Assembly (NCBI GenBank): GCA_026391215.1 | Contig: JAPLDX010000006.1 | Coordinates: forward strand, 1-15,812 | Direction: 5' to 3' | Length of the DNA: 15,812 bases | Source: Bacteroidia bacterium | Lineage (GTDB): Bacteria; Bacteroidota; Bacteroidia; Bacteroidales; VadinHA17 | Shown here: piece after piece, positions 1 to 8,523 of the stretch | Numbering within the stretch: position 1 is the stretch's first letter | Layout: the number at the start of each line of letters is the position of its first letter | Made by a program: the position numbers and the translations under genes | The notes under the pieces: model-generated | Told to the model about the DNA's origin: nothing | Databases searched by the model: none | The model's input: the letters and a program-made list of their open reading frames with translations, nothing else

Positions 1-1
1 G

Positions 2-2497
2 AGACCAGTCATTGATGGCAAGCTTGATGATGATTGCTGGAAGAACGGAACATGGGCAGGGGATTATCACCAGTGGATACCTGTTGAGGGAGCAAAGCCT
101 ACATGGCCGACGGTATTCAATATCCAGTATGATGATAAAAATCTCTATGTTGCATTCAGGGGTTACGATGGTGAGCCTGAAAAAATTAATCGCATGTCAG
201 GAATTCGTGATGAGCAGGTCGGTGATATGATGGGAGTGACATTTGACAGTTACCATGATTACAGAACAGGATTTGAATTTACAATGACAGCATGGGGACA
301 GAAATCGGATCTTGTTCTGTTCAATCCCATGGACTGGGATTTTAACTGGAATCCTGTGTGGAAAGGAAAAACAGGCCTTGAAGATTCTGCATGGATAGTC
401 GAGATGGAGATCCCTTTAAGCCAGCTTCGTTACAGCAGGGAAGAAGAACAGGTATGGGGAATGCATACCTGGAGGTGGTTATCAAGACTACAGGAGGAAA
501 GCAACTGGGAGATACAATCAAAAACCGGTCCCGGTATGCTGTATAACTTTGGCGAACTTAAAGGTATCAGCGGTTTGAAAAAATCACGCCGGCTTGAAGT
601 GATGCCATTTGTTCTTGGCGATCTTAAGACCATGAATAAAGAAACTGGAAATCCTTTCACGGAAAAGGGGCGGATTTGGGGCGGTAACGCAGGCCTTGAT
701 GCGAAGATAGGTATCTCGAGCAATTTCACTCTTGACCTGACAGTTAATCCTGATTTCGGGCAGGTGGAATCTGATCCGTCAGTAATGAACCTTACTGCAT
801 TTGAAACATTCTACGAAGAAAAGCGTCCATTCTTCCTTGAAGGACTGACAATCTTCAATTATGATTTTGATGATAAGAATCTTTTTTATTCACGCCGTAT
901 CGGACATTCTCCTTCAAGGAGTGTTTATCCGAATGATACTCTGTTTGTAAGTACACCTGACAAAACTACAATCCTGAGTGCGATCAAATTCAGCGGAACT
1001 ACTTCCAAAGGGCTGTCAGTCGGACTGATTCAAAGTCTGACTGCAAATGAATATGCCAGCCTCAGCGACCAGTATGACAACAGGAGCAAAAGCAAGGTTG
1101 AGCCACTTACTAATTATACGGTGGCCAGAATCCAGAAAGGTTATAAGGAAGGTAATACAGTGGTGGGAGGTATGCTGACCTCAACCAACAGGTTTATTAA
1201 AGAGAATAGTCTTGATTTCCTAAGCAATGAGGCTTACACTGGTGGACTGGATATCCTTCACCACTGGAAAGACAAGGAGTTTTACCTGGATGCAAAACTG
1301 CTTGGAAGCTATGTGGGGGGAAGCAAAGAGGCAATAACTGTGCTTCAGGAATCATCAGCACGATATTATCAGCGCCCAGGGGCAGATTACCTCGATTATG
1401 ACACGACCAGAACAAGTCTCAGCGGCTTCGGAGGCAAGCTGAAGATAGGAAAAGGATCAAAAGGATTTTGGAAGTACTCTGCGGGTATATCATGGCTTTC
1501 TCCGGGACTGGAGCTTAATGACCTGGGTTATATGAATACTGCAGATGAAATACTGCAGGAGAATAATGTATCTTACCTGGTCACCAAGCCGGTATCCATT
1601 TTTCAAACCCTGCAAGTTGACCTTGAACAATTCAACTCCTGGAATTTCAATGGTAACTGGCTCGGTTCAGGAGGGCACTTCTCTTTTTCATCAACTTTTC
1701 GGAATAACTGGAGCTTCCAAACAAACCTGATCTTTCACTCTCAGGCTGATGATCCCAGGAAGCTGCGCGGAGGTCCTGATATGATCATGCCATTTAACAT
1801 TATGACAATGGGAAATATAATGACCGATCCCTCAAAAAAGCTGATGTTTCTATTATCATATGGTTATGAAAGTTCCGGTAATAATTCTGCAACCAGTTAT
1901 CAGCTTAATCCTTCTATATCAATTCGTCCTTTTAATTCGTTGAGGATCAGGGTAACAGCTGATTATCAAAAGAATCAAGACAGACTTCAGTATATTACAA
2001 CCACAGATTATCTGTCTGAGAAACGATATATTCTTGGTACAATTGACCAGACAACTCTCGGGCTTACCTTCAGGGCAGACCTTAACCTGACCCCGGAATT
2101 CTCAATTCAGTATTACGGAAGCCCGTTTGTTTCAAGAGGCAGTTATTCGGAGTTTAAGCGCATCACTGATCCTCAGGCAAAAGATTATGAAAGCAGGTTT
2201 ACTCTTTTTGATGAACCCATGTCTGATGGAAATATCTATGCTCTGGATGAGAATGGAGACGACATAGCTGATTATTATATAGACAAGCCCGATTTTAATT
2301 TTCACCAGTACCGTTCTAACCTGGTCGCCAAATGGGAGTACCGGCTTGGATCTTTTATTTATCTTGTATGGTCGAGTGAACGCACAGGAAGAAGCAACCT
2401 GTCGGAAGCCTCTATTGGAGATTCTTACGGACAAATGATGGATGTTTTTCCGAGTAATGTCTTTTTGATTAAATTGAGCTACTGGTTTTCATTATAA
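2..2497 (+). CDS. DUF5916-family protein with N-terminal carbohydrate-binding family 9 (CBM9)-like domain; probable outer-membrane beta-barrel (5'-truncated by the window edge)
   Basis: The frame is open from base 2 (RPVIDGKLDDDCWKNG...YDDKNLYVAF), upstream of the ORF-track ATG at 194. PVIDGxLDD..W and W.VEMEIPLSQLRY are CBM9-like. GLDAK.GISSNFTLDLTVNPDFGQVESDP..NL.AFETFYEEKRPFFLEG and LFYSRRIG are typical of DUF5916. The C-terminal part has many amphipathic beta-strands and ends FLIKLSYWFSL. Confidence 0.88.
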   Translation, partial: RPVIDGKLDDDCWKNGTWAGDYHQWIPVEGAKPTWPTVFNIQYDDKNLYVAFRGYDGEPEKINRMSGIRDEQVGDMMGVTFDSYHDYRTGFEFTMTAWGQKSDLVLFNPMDWDFNWNPVWKGKTGLEDSAWIVEMEIPLSQLRYSREEEQVWGMHTWRWLSRLQEESNWEIQSKTGPGMLYNFGELKGISGLKKSRRLEVMPFVLGDLKTMNKETGNPFTEKGRIWGGNAGLDAKIGISSNFTLDLTVNPDFGQVESDPSVMNLTAFETFYEEKRPFFLEGLTIFNYDFDDKNLFYSRRIGHSPSRSVYPNDTLFVSTPDKTTILSAIKFSGTTSKGLSVGLIQSLTANEYASLSDQYDNRSKSKVEPLTNYTVARIQKGYKEGNTVVGGMLTSTNRFIKENSLDFLSNEAYTGGLDILHHWKDKEFYLDAKLLGSYVGGSKEAITVLQESSARYYQRPGADYLDYDTTRTSLSGFGGKLKIGKGSKGFWKYSAGISWLSPGLELNDLGYMNTADEILQENNVSYLVTKPVSIFQTLQVDLEQFNSWNFNGNWLGSGGHFSFSSTFRNNWSFQTNLIFHSQADDPRKLRGGPDMIMPFNIMTMGNIMTDPSKKLMFLLSYGYESSGNNSATSYQLNPSISIRPFNSLRIRVTADYQKNQDRLQYITTTDYLSEKRYILGTIDQTTLGLTFRADLNLTPEFSIQYYGSPFVSRGSYSEFKRITDPQAKDYESRFTLFDEPMSDGNIYALDENGDDIADYYIDKPDFNFHQYRSNLVAKWEYRLGSFIYLVWSSERTGRSNLSEASIGDSYGQMMDVFPSNVFLIKLSYWFSL

Positions 2498-2513
2498 GTT
2501 GTAATCAATCCGA

Positions 2514-2996
2514 ATGGGAGTTATATTCAGGAATATTGAAAAGAAAGATAATAAGGAGATAGCTGAGCTGATACGTTCAGTTTTCAGGGAATTCGGTGTT
2601 GATCGTCCCGGTACCGTATACTTTGATCCAACCACCGATGATCTTTTTTCATTATTCCGGACTCCGGGTTCAATGTACTGGATAGCTGAAGATGATGGTA
2701 AAATTATCGGGGGGTGCGGGATCTATCCAACACAAAACCTGCCTGAAGGTTGCGCAGAAGTAGTCAAGCTCTATCTGAATGCTTCTTACCGTAAGCTTGG
2801 TATCGGGAGGCAGTTGCTTGAACTGAGCATAGAATCGGCTAAAAAGATCGGATACAGACAGCTGTATCTCGAATCTTTACCCGAGCTGGGTAAAGCAATA
2901 AGCCTTTACCAGAAACAGGGATTCAGATTTTTAAATCACAAAATGGGCGATGAAGGGCATTTTGGATGCACCATCTGGATGATGAAGGATCTATAG
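2514..2996 (+). CDS. GNAT family N-acetyltransferase (YjgM-like)
   Basis: 160 aa. Contains IIGGCGIYP, EVVKLYL, the acetyl-CoA motif A YRKLGIGRQLL, LYLES..L..AISLY.K.GF, and the C-terminal GHFGC.IWM.K.L typical of YjgM-like GNATs. Confidence 0.92.
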   Translation: MGVIFRNIEKKDNKEIAELIRSVFREFGVDRPGTVYFDPTTDDLFSLFRTPGSMYWIAEDDGKIIGGCGIYPTQNLPEGCAEVVKLYLNASYRKLGIGRQLLELSIESAKKIGYRQLYLESLPELGKAISLYQKQGFRFLNHKMGDEGHFGCTIWMMKDL

Positions 2997-3005
2997 ATTT
3001 TAATT

Positions 3006-4580
3006 ATGAATACTACAGAAAACAACAATTCAGCAACATTCCACGGATCTGATTGTCCGTGTTGCGGAGGCAATCATGTCAGGAATGAAATATCGAGAAG
3101 AAAATTTGTAAGCGTCACCGGGACAGGGGCAATTGGAACTATTGCCCTTTCAGGTCTCTCATGGGCTGCTCTAATTGATGTTCAGGATGCAGAGAGAAAA
3201 GTCCCTCAACGCAAACCACTGGTCGTTAAACCGATTCTGACATATGAAGTGCCTACACGCAGAGCCCAGACAAGCTGGAGAAGCTGGGGCGGTATTCAGA
3301 CTGAAAAAGATGCCGCTGAGGAAATTGCACGAATAGCGGAGGAGCTTAAATCACTCAATTCACAGGCTGATTTTCCTGTAATCTTTTTGCCGGTTACCAG
3401 TGTTCGAAATGAAGAGAGCCTGAGCAATATAAAAGACATGGAATCAGCAGACTTGCTGATTATTTACGCTGCAGGAGGTGGACAGGGAATGTTTGATATT
3501 CTCAATAAAACCGGAAAGAACATTATCTTTTTCTGCCGTCATCTGTCAGGTCCGGTATATCTGTGGTATGAAATAATAAGTCCACGTTATCTAAGACAGC
3601 ATACCGACAAATTAGCAGTTAAAGGGATAGATGAAAATGATGTTGTCATCGATAACCAGGATGAACTGCTCTGGCGCTTAAGAGCATTATGCGGATTGAA
3701 GAATACCATAAACTCCAGGATACTGACCATCGGCGGTGCAGGTGCCTGGTCCCAGCCGCTGGATGTTGTAATGAAAACTGTAAATGAGAAATACAAACTT
3801 GATATTCGGGACGTATCTTATGAAGAATTAGGCACGTTGATAACTGAAGCGAGGAAGGATAATTCAGTTTTATCACGCGCCAAAAGAAATGCTGATGACT
3901 ACCTCCGTGATTCAGGAATTAAGCTGGAAACGGACCGGAAATATGTCGAAAATTGTTTTGTCCTGGAAGATATCCTTGCACGGCTGATGGAGAAATATGA
4001 ATGCAGGGCAATTACAATAAATAACTGCATGGGTACCATAATGCCGCTATCAGAAACAACTGCATGTCTGACACTGAGCCTGCTGAATGATGCAGGCTAT
4101 CTGGCTTTCTGCGAATCTGATTTTGTTGTGGTACCCATGGGTATGCTGCTTGCCAATATATCGGGCAAGCCTGCATTCTTAAATGATCCGACATATCCAC
4201 ACGATAAAGTAATTACCCTGGCTCACTGCACAGCTCCCAGGAAAATGGACGGCAAGAAAGCTGAACCGGCAAGGATACTTACCCATTTTGAATCAGACTA
4301 TGGTGCTGCTCCCAAGGTTGAGATGCTTGTGGGACAAACAGTTACAAATGTAATGCCCGATTTTATATTTGATCGTAATATTGGACTGATTGGCAAAATA
4401 ATTTCGAATCCCATGCTTGATATATGCCGCTCGCAGATTGATATCAGCTATGAATGCGACAGTAAAGCAGTCGCTGAAAAAATGCCGGGCTTTCACTGGA
4501 TAACCGTTTATGGTGATTATATAAAGGAAACCGGTTATGCTCTTAAGAAGATAGGGATTGAATTTGAAAACCTGGTTTGA
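3006..4580 (+). CDS. L-fucose/L-arabinose isomerase-like (FucI/AraA superfamily) protein with twin-arginine signal peptide
   Basis: SRRKFV (R31-R32) is followed by a hydrophobic stretch ending SWAA. The C-terminal half has AITINNCMG, CLTLSLLNDAG, AFCESDF, LAHCTAP, CRSQ and GFHW..VYGDY, resembling fucose-isomerase-like proteins. The substrate cannot be inferred. Confidence 0.72.
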   Translation: MNTTENNNSATFHGSDCPCCGGNHVRNEISRRKFVSVTGTGAIGTIALSGLSWAALIDVQDAERKVPQRKPLVVKPILTYEVPTRRAQTSWRSWGGIQTEKDAAEEIARIAEELKSLNSQADFPVIFLPVTSVRNEESLSNIKDMESADLLIIYAAGGGQGMFDILNKTGKNIIFFCRHLSGPVYLWYEIISPRYLRQHTDKLAVKGIDENDVVIDNQDELLWRLRALCGLKNTINSRILTIGGAGAWSQPLDVVMKTVNEKYKLDIRDVSYEELGTLITEARKDNSVLSRAKRNADDYLRDSGIKLETDRKYVENCFVLEDILARLMEKYECRAITINNCMGTIMPLSETTACLTLSLLNDAGYLAFCESDFVVVPMGMLLANISGKPAFLNDPTYPHDKVITLAHCTAPRKMDGKKAEPARILTHFESDYGAAPKVEMLVGQTVTNVMPDFIFDRNIGLIGKIISNPMLDICRSQIDISYECDSKAVAEKMPGFHWITVYGDYIKETGYALKKIGIEFENLV

Positions 4581-4594
4581 TCCTTCCTGATTTT

Positions 4595-5446
4595 CTAATT
4601 AATAAGGTACTGACGGTACTTATGATAGTAATAATATATCCTGCGGTATTGCAGCGGCGTTAATATACATTTGCATTTATCAGGAGAATCTGACATGATA
4701 TTGGCAACCGAGGGTATAAAGTATTTTCCATTATCGTCCCTCATTGTGCCAATATACTTACAGCTGTCAATAACCTCGTTGAAAAGACCGGGATCAGCAT
4801 AAGTATCACAAATAAAATCACCAGCTGACGAACAATTCTTCTCACTTTCCAGTTCTCTTCCGCCAGATGTTTCATGGGTTGAAAGCAATCCCATGTAATG
4901 ACCAAGCATGGTTGTAAGCGAATTTCCTCTTGCATAGCTTTTGACCAGATAGATGAAGTTACTGTCTGCCTCATTTGGGAAATATGTAAATCCATAACTT
5001 TTACCGGATCCTATTTTTATTGAATCTGCAAGGAAAATATTTATCCGGTTATTGATTGAATATTTTGTCAGAAGTTCTTTCTTGAGATTGTTATAAGTAA
5101 TAAAAGAGTAATTGTAATCATTGATATACTCAATCGTATCTATAAAAAATTGTATCCCGGCATTTTTAAAATAGCCATTTGCAAGATCCACACTGTATTT
5201 AATATCATTTTGATCCACTCCTGCTGATCCTTTTTTATTCATTATAATATGAATCATTAATGGAATATTTACAGCAGGATCCAGGGAGCTGATATCGAAA
5301 GGGAAAGAGTTTTCATCAGCATAGTTCACAACTAAAGTATCCAGAAATGATTGAGTTGCCGTGACTCCGTCAGGCAGCTGTGCTGATGCGAAGCAGTTGA
5401 TTAAAAGAAGCAATACTATCAGATAACCTTTTCCGGTATTTTTCAT
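4595..5446 (-). CDS. Secreted peptidase M43 (pappalysin/ulilysin-like) homologue with degenerate zinc motif; predicted inactive
   Basis: Signal peptide ending ASA|Q. Scaffold motifs IPLMIHII, LANGYF.NAGIQF, INIF, GFTYFP, C...GDFICDT.ADP, Met-turn NIMS and TPLQY.RI all match M43. The zinc motif reads TMLGHYMGLLSTH instead of HExGHxxGLxHTH. ATGA overlap with the upstream gene. Confidence 0.8.
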   Translation of the reverse strand: MKNTGKGYLIVLLLLINCFASAQLPDGVTATQSFLDTLVVNYADENSFPFDISSLDPAVNIPLMIHIIMNKKGSAGVDQNDIKYSVDLANGYFKNAGIQFFIDTIEYINDYNYSFITYNNLKKELLTKYSINNRINIFLADSIKIGSGKSYGFTYFPNEADSNFIYLVKSYARGNSLTTMLGHYMGLLSTHETSGGRELESEKNCSSAGDFICDTYADPGLFNEVIDSCKYIGTMRDDNGKYFIPSVANIMSDSPDKCKCILTPLQYRRIYYYYHKYRQYLIN

Positions 5447-7440
5447 AATTCATCCTTATTGAAATTAGATATCTCTCCTACGATCCTGAATTCTGTCCTT
5501 CTGTTCAGCTGTCTTCCTTCAGGATTATCGGATCCATCTTTATTGGTATTAGGTGCAACAGGATTACGCAGGCCATACCCTTTAGCGACCAGGCGTTCGG
5601 GTGAAATTCCCTGCGAGATCAGGTGACTGACAACACTTTCGGACCGTTTCTGCGAGAGTTCAATATTATACTCATCAGTTCCTTTATTGTCGGTATGTGA
5701 ACCGATCTCGACGATCCCATTCGGGAAAATATCAAACAAAGGCATTACCATTGAATCAATGATCTGCCTTGCAGTATCGCTGAGCTTATACTTGTCAAAA
5801 TCATAATAGATGTTTAACTGAATGGTGATCTTCGGCAAATAACTTATGAATGTAGTACCTATTTCAATTGTGTCGGAGCAAAAGATATCTACAGAATTCA
5901 CAGGCACCTTTTTCTCGAAATAGCCATAATTTTTTACCAGTACCTTATAATATTTATCTGTCTCAAGACCAAAATTATAGTTGCCGTTAATATCTGTGGT
6001 AGTTCTGGCTATCAGGATCTCATCATTCTCCTTTTCATCGGTCAGGTACAGCTCCACAGGAACATCAGGGATAGTGGAATTATTTTCCGGGTATTCGAGT
6101 CCAAGATGATATTTTTCATTCAGGTTGTCATAGAAGTCATAATTCACGGAATTCCGAACGGTCCCCCGGGAGTAGATCTTTACACATTCATTGACAAAAA
6201 ATGAAAATATGTCGTCACAGCAGGTGCCACTGTCTAAGGTGAAGGTGCCTGTCCGGTTGGAAGAAAAGAATCCTTCCCTGTTGCTCTTCATAATTGAGAA
6301 ATAATAATCATCACAGGATGAATTTATTGGTTTGGGCATTGGCACCGCGTCGGTCCATTTAGCTGCAGAACCTGTTGCTTTATAGATATCATATCCGCCG
6401 AGTCCGTTTTTCCTGCCCGATGAACTAAAATAGAGTGTCTGGGTTGAGATATCGTAAAAAGGAGAACACTCATCACCAAATGAGTTGACTTTATTTGAAA
6501 GAGCAAGCGGATCTTTATAGGTATCATTCTTCAGGTCATATTCGGAATACCATATATCCGTGCCTCCCTTTCCTCCGGGCCTGTCTGAAACAAAATAGAG
6601 GATATTTTTCCCTGTCCTCAGGTTTTTGCCCAATGCTGGCTGGGTAGCTGTATAATCTTCACGATTAATAGGATATGGAAGTTTTTGTGGGGTTTGCCAT
6701 TGATCACCTTCTAAACGACTGATATAGATCTCACTTATATATTCATTTTGCCAGTTCTTCCGAGATCGTGTGAAAAACAAACTCCTGCCGTCTTCCGATA
6801 TTACGGCATTGCCAGTGTTGAACCGGGGATCATTTATATTACCTTCAAGCAGTCCCGAAGAGTTCCAGATTCCGTCAATCTTTTCCGCTTTGAATATCTG
6901 CCGTACAGGATTAATTTGTGTGTTATTATCACTATAGGCTGCACCATATATAATTGTTTTATCATCAACAGGAGAAGGTGAAAAATCAATATCCGGATGA
7001 TTCAGCCCTTTTCCCGGATGGGTGACAATTATATTCCCGTTTGTATCAGCACTGTTTTTTGCCCAGTCTGAATTTGCTGAATAAACTGTCGACAGTCTTT
7101 TGTAACTGAATTTATCTTTCTTCCCGTAGTACTTTCTAAACTTCGTAAATGACTCTTTAGCGATATCATACTTTTTAAGGTTCATGCATACAATTCCTTT
7201 GCGATAATATGCCAGCGGGTATTTCGAAGGACTGGCATTAATTACAGAATCATAATACTGATAAGCCATTTCATAATCTCTTGTTTCAAAGTAAAGGTTT
7301 GCCAGCCTGTATAATAATTTAATATCCTTATCTGGTGCCAGTGCAAACAAGTTCCCTGAATTAAGAATAAACATGAACAGCAAAATGAAGCTCAAACTGA
7401 GAAAACGTGAAATTCCATATTTCATATTTCTGTCATCCAT
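5443..7440 (-). CDS. PorE-like OmpA-family protein (TPR + PD40/WD40-like propeller + carboxypeptidase-regulatory-like domain + OmpA C-terminal peptidoglycan-binding domain)
   Basis: N-terminal signal peptide (alternative start at M6, 7425). TPR-like LANLYFETRDYEMAYQYY and AYYRKGIVCMNLKKYDIAKESF. PD40 repeats LFFTRSR, LYFVSDRPGGKGGTDIW, LYFSSSGR..GLGGYDIY and GFFSSNR. OmpA domain IYYDFDK...EIGSHTDNKG.DEYN.ELSQKRSESV...AKGYG...GRQLNRRTEF. It lies directly downstream of a PorP/SprF gene. Confidence 0.92.
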   Translation of the reverse strand: MDDRNMKYGISRFLSLSFILLFMFILNSGNLFALAPDKDIKLLYRLANLYFETRDYEMAYQYYDSVINASPSKYPLAYYRKGIVCMNLKKYDIAKESFTKFRKYYGKKDKFSYKRLSTVYSANSDWAKNSADTNGNIIVTHPGKGLNHPDIDFSPSPVDDKTIIYGAAYSDNNTQINPVRQIFKAEKIDGIWNSSGLLEGNINDPRFNTGNAVISEDGRSLFFTRSRKNWQNEYISEIYISRLEGDQWQTPQKLPYPINREDYTATQPALGKNLRTGKNILYFVSDRPGGKGGTDIWYSEYDLKNDTYKDPLALSNKVNSFGDECSPFYDISTQTLYFSSSGRKNGLGGYDIYKATGSAAKWTDAVPMPKPINSSCDDYYFSIMKSNREGFFSSNRTGTFTLDSGTCCDDIFSFFVNECVKIYSRGTVRNSVNYDFYDNLNEKYHLGLEYPENNSTIPDVPVELYLTDEKENDEILIARTTTDINGNYNFGLETDKYYKVLVKNYGYFEKKVPVNSVDIFCSDTIEIGTTFISYLPKITIQLNIYYDFDKYKLSDTARQIIDSMVMPLFDIFPNGIVEIGSHTDNKGTDEYNIELSQKRSESVVSHLISQGISPERLVAKGYGLRNPVAPNTNKDGSDNPEGRQLNRRTEFRIVGEISNFNKDEL

Positions 7441-7455
7441 TGAACCTGATCATTA

Positions 7456-8523
7456 TTAATTTATTATGTAGCATGGTTGACTCGTTTTATCCCGGGAATG
7501 TGTTTTACCAGTATATATCAATGATATTTCAAATGCACCGTTAAAATTTGTTGCCTTGTGCAATGGTGAAATATTTAAATCGTAAATGAGTCCCAGGTTG
7601 AACTGAAGGAACTCTGCTCCTCCACCCAGGATAAAAGCATCAATGTCACGCCAGGGGTTTAGACGGAACATGGTTACAGCATATAATTTTTTAACCGGGA
7701 TATTTGATCCGGACATCGAAAAACCTCCCGTACTGCCAAAGAGGAATTCATTTGCTCCCGGGGTGTAGCTGTAAACCAGGCATGGTTTCAGATCAATCCT
7801 GACGTTGACAGGGATCATTACCTCACTATTAAAATTCAGTTTCATTGGCAACCGTGAGCCTGTTGAAGAGGTTAAAAATTTCTGCAAAGGCATATTCAGA
7901 TGACTTACTGAAATGCCTGCGGAGGGCATAATATTACGGATCATTGTTCGCCAGAATATTCCGGCATTAAGGTCGAAGTATCTCAGCCTGTCGCCCATCC
8001 CGTTTTCAAGACTGGGAAGGGTTTCATCGAAAACCTGGCTTGACTGGTTGAACTGGGAGCTGAAGGTTATGCCTGCAAGGTTATAGGTTTTAAAGACAAA
8101 ACCCGGCTGCAATCCTATCGTAAACTGCTGGTTTCTAAAAACTCTTGAATAGCTTGCAGAGACCATAAATTCATTTGCTGATAAGTTAAGTGACGATGAC
8201 TGATCATGCAATATAAATCCGCCAAGGCCGAATGAATGACCTGAAATAGTAAGCTTTTTATCGATTGAGGTACTGAAAGTTTCAAAAGGTACACCGATAT
8301 TTGACCATTGGTTCCTGTATATGTTTGCAATTCTTATATCCTCACCTGACATTCCTGTATTTGCAGGATTTGTCAACAGGGGAGCTGCGTAAAACTGTGA
8401 AAAATGTATATCCTGCGCCTGAAGATGTATCCCCTGGATAAACAAAAGAATAACAGCCGGAATGATTAAGCATGGGCGCTTAAGATCAGGGTTTATTGCA
8501 TTATATTTTAAACGGGATATCAT
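7456..8523 (-). CDS. PorP/SprF family type IX secretion system outer-membrane protein
   Basis: Signal peptide ending LQA|Q. Canonical motifs QDIHFSQFYAAPLLTNPANTG, YRNQW, FDLNAGI, GISVSHLN.P and YDLNIS.L.....GAFEISLIY. ATGA overlap with the upstream cargo gene. Confidence 0.94.
   Translation of the reverse strand: MISRLKYNAINPDLKRPCLIIPAVILLFIQGIHLQAQDIHFSQFYAAPLLTNPANTGMSGEDIRIANIYRNQWSNIGVPFETFSTSIDKKLTISGHSFGLGGFILHDQSSSLNLSANEFMVSASYSRVFRNQQFTIGLQPGFVFKTYNLAGITFSSQFNQSSQVFDETLPSLENGMGDRLRYFDLNAGIFWRTMIRNIMPSAGISVSHLNMPLQKFLTSSTGSRLPMKLNFNSEVMIPVNVRIDLKPCLVYSYTPGANEFLFGSTGGFSMSGSNIPVKKLYAVTMFRLNPWRDIDAFILGGGAEFLQFNLGLIYDLNISPLHKATNFNGAFEISLIYTGKTHSRDKTSQPCYIIN

Noticed and set aside
194-196. 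ATG 194 as start of the DUF5916 gene
   Set aside because: The same frame is open back to base 2 and encodes the conserved CBM9-like PVIDGKLDD..W motif, so the real start lies outside the window.
5393-5410. Lipoprotein signal at Cys18 (LLINC) of the M43-like protein
   Set aside because: The lipobox is poor (Asn at -1). The downstream ASA|Q fits the Bacteroidota SPI/pyroglutamate pattern also seen in both PorPs. It is not fully excluded.
4595-5446. Calling the M43 homologue an active protease or a pseudogene
   Set aside because: The active-site residues are missing, so activity is unlikely. The ORF, signal peptide, structural motifs and translational coupling are intact, so it does not look like a decayed gene.
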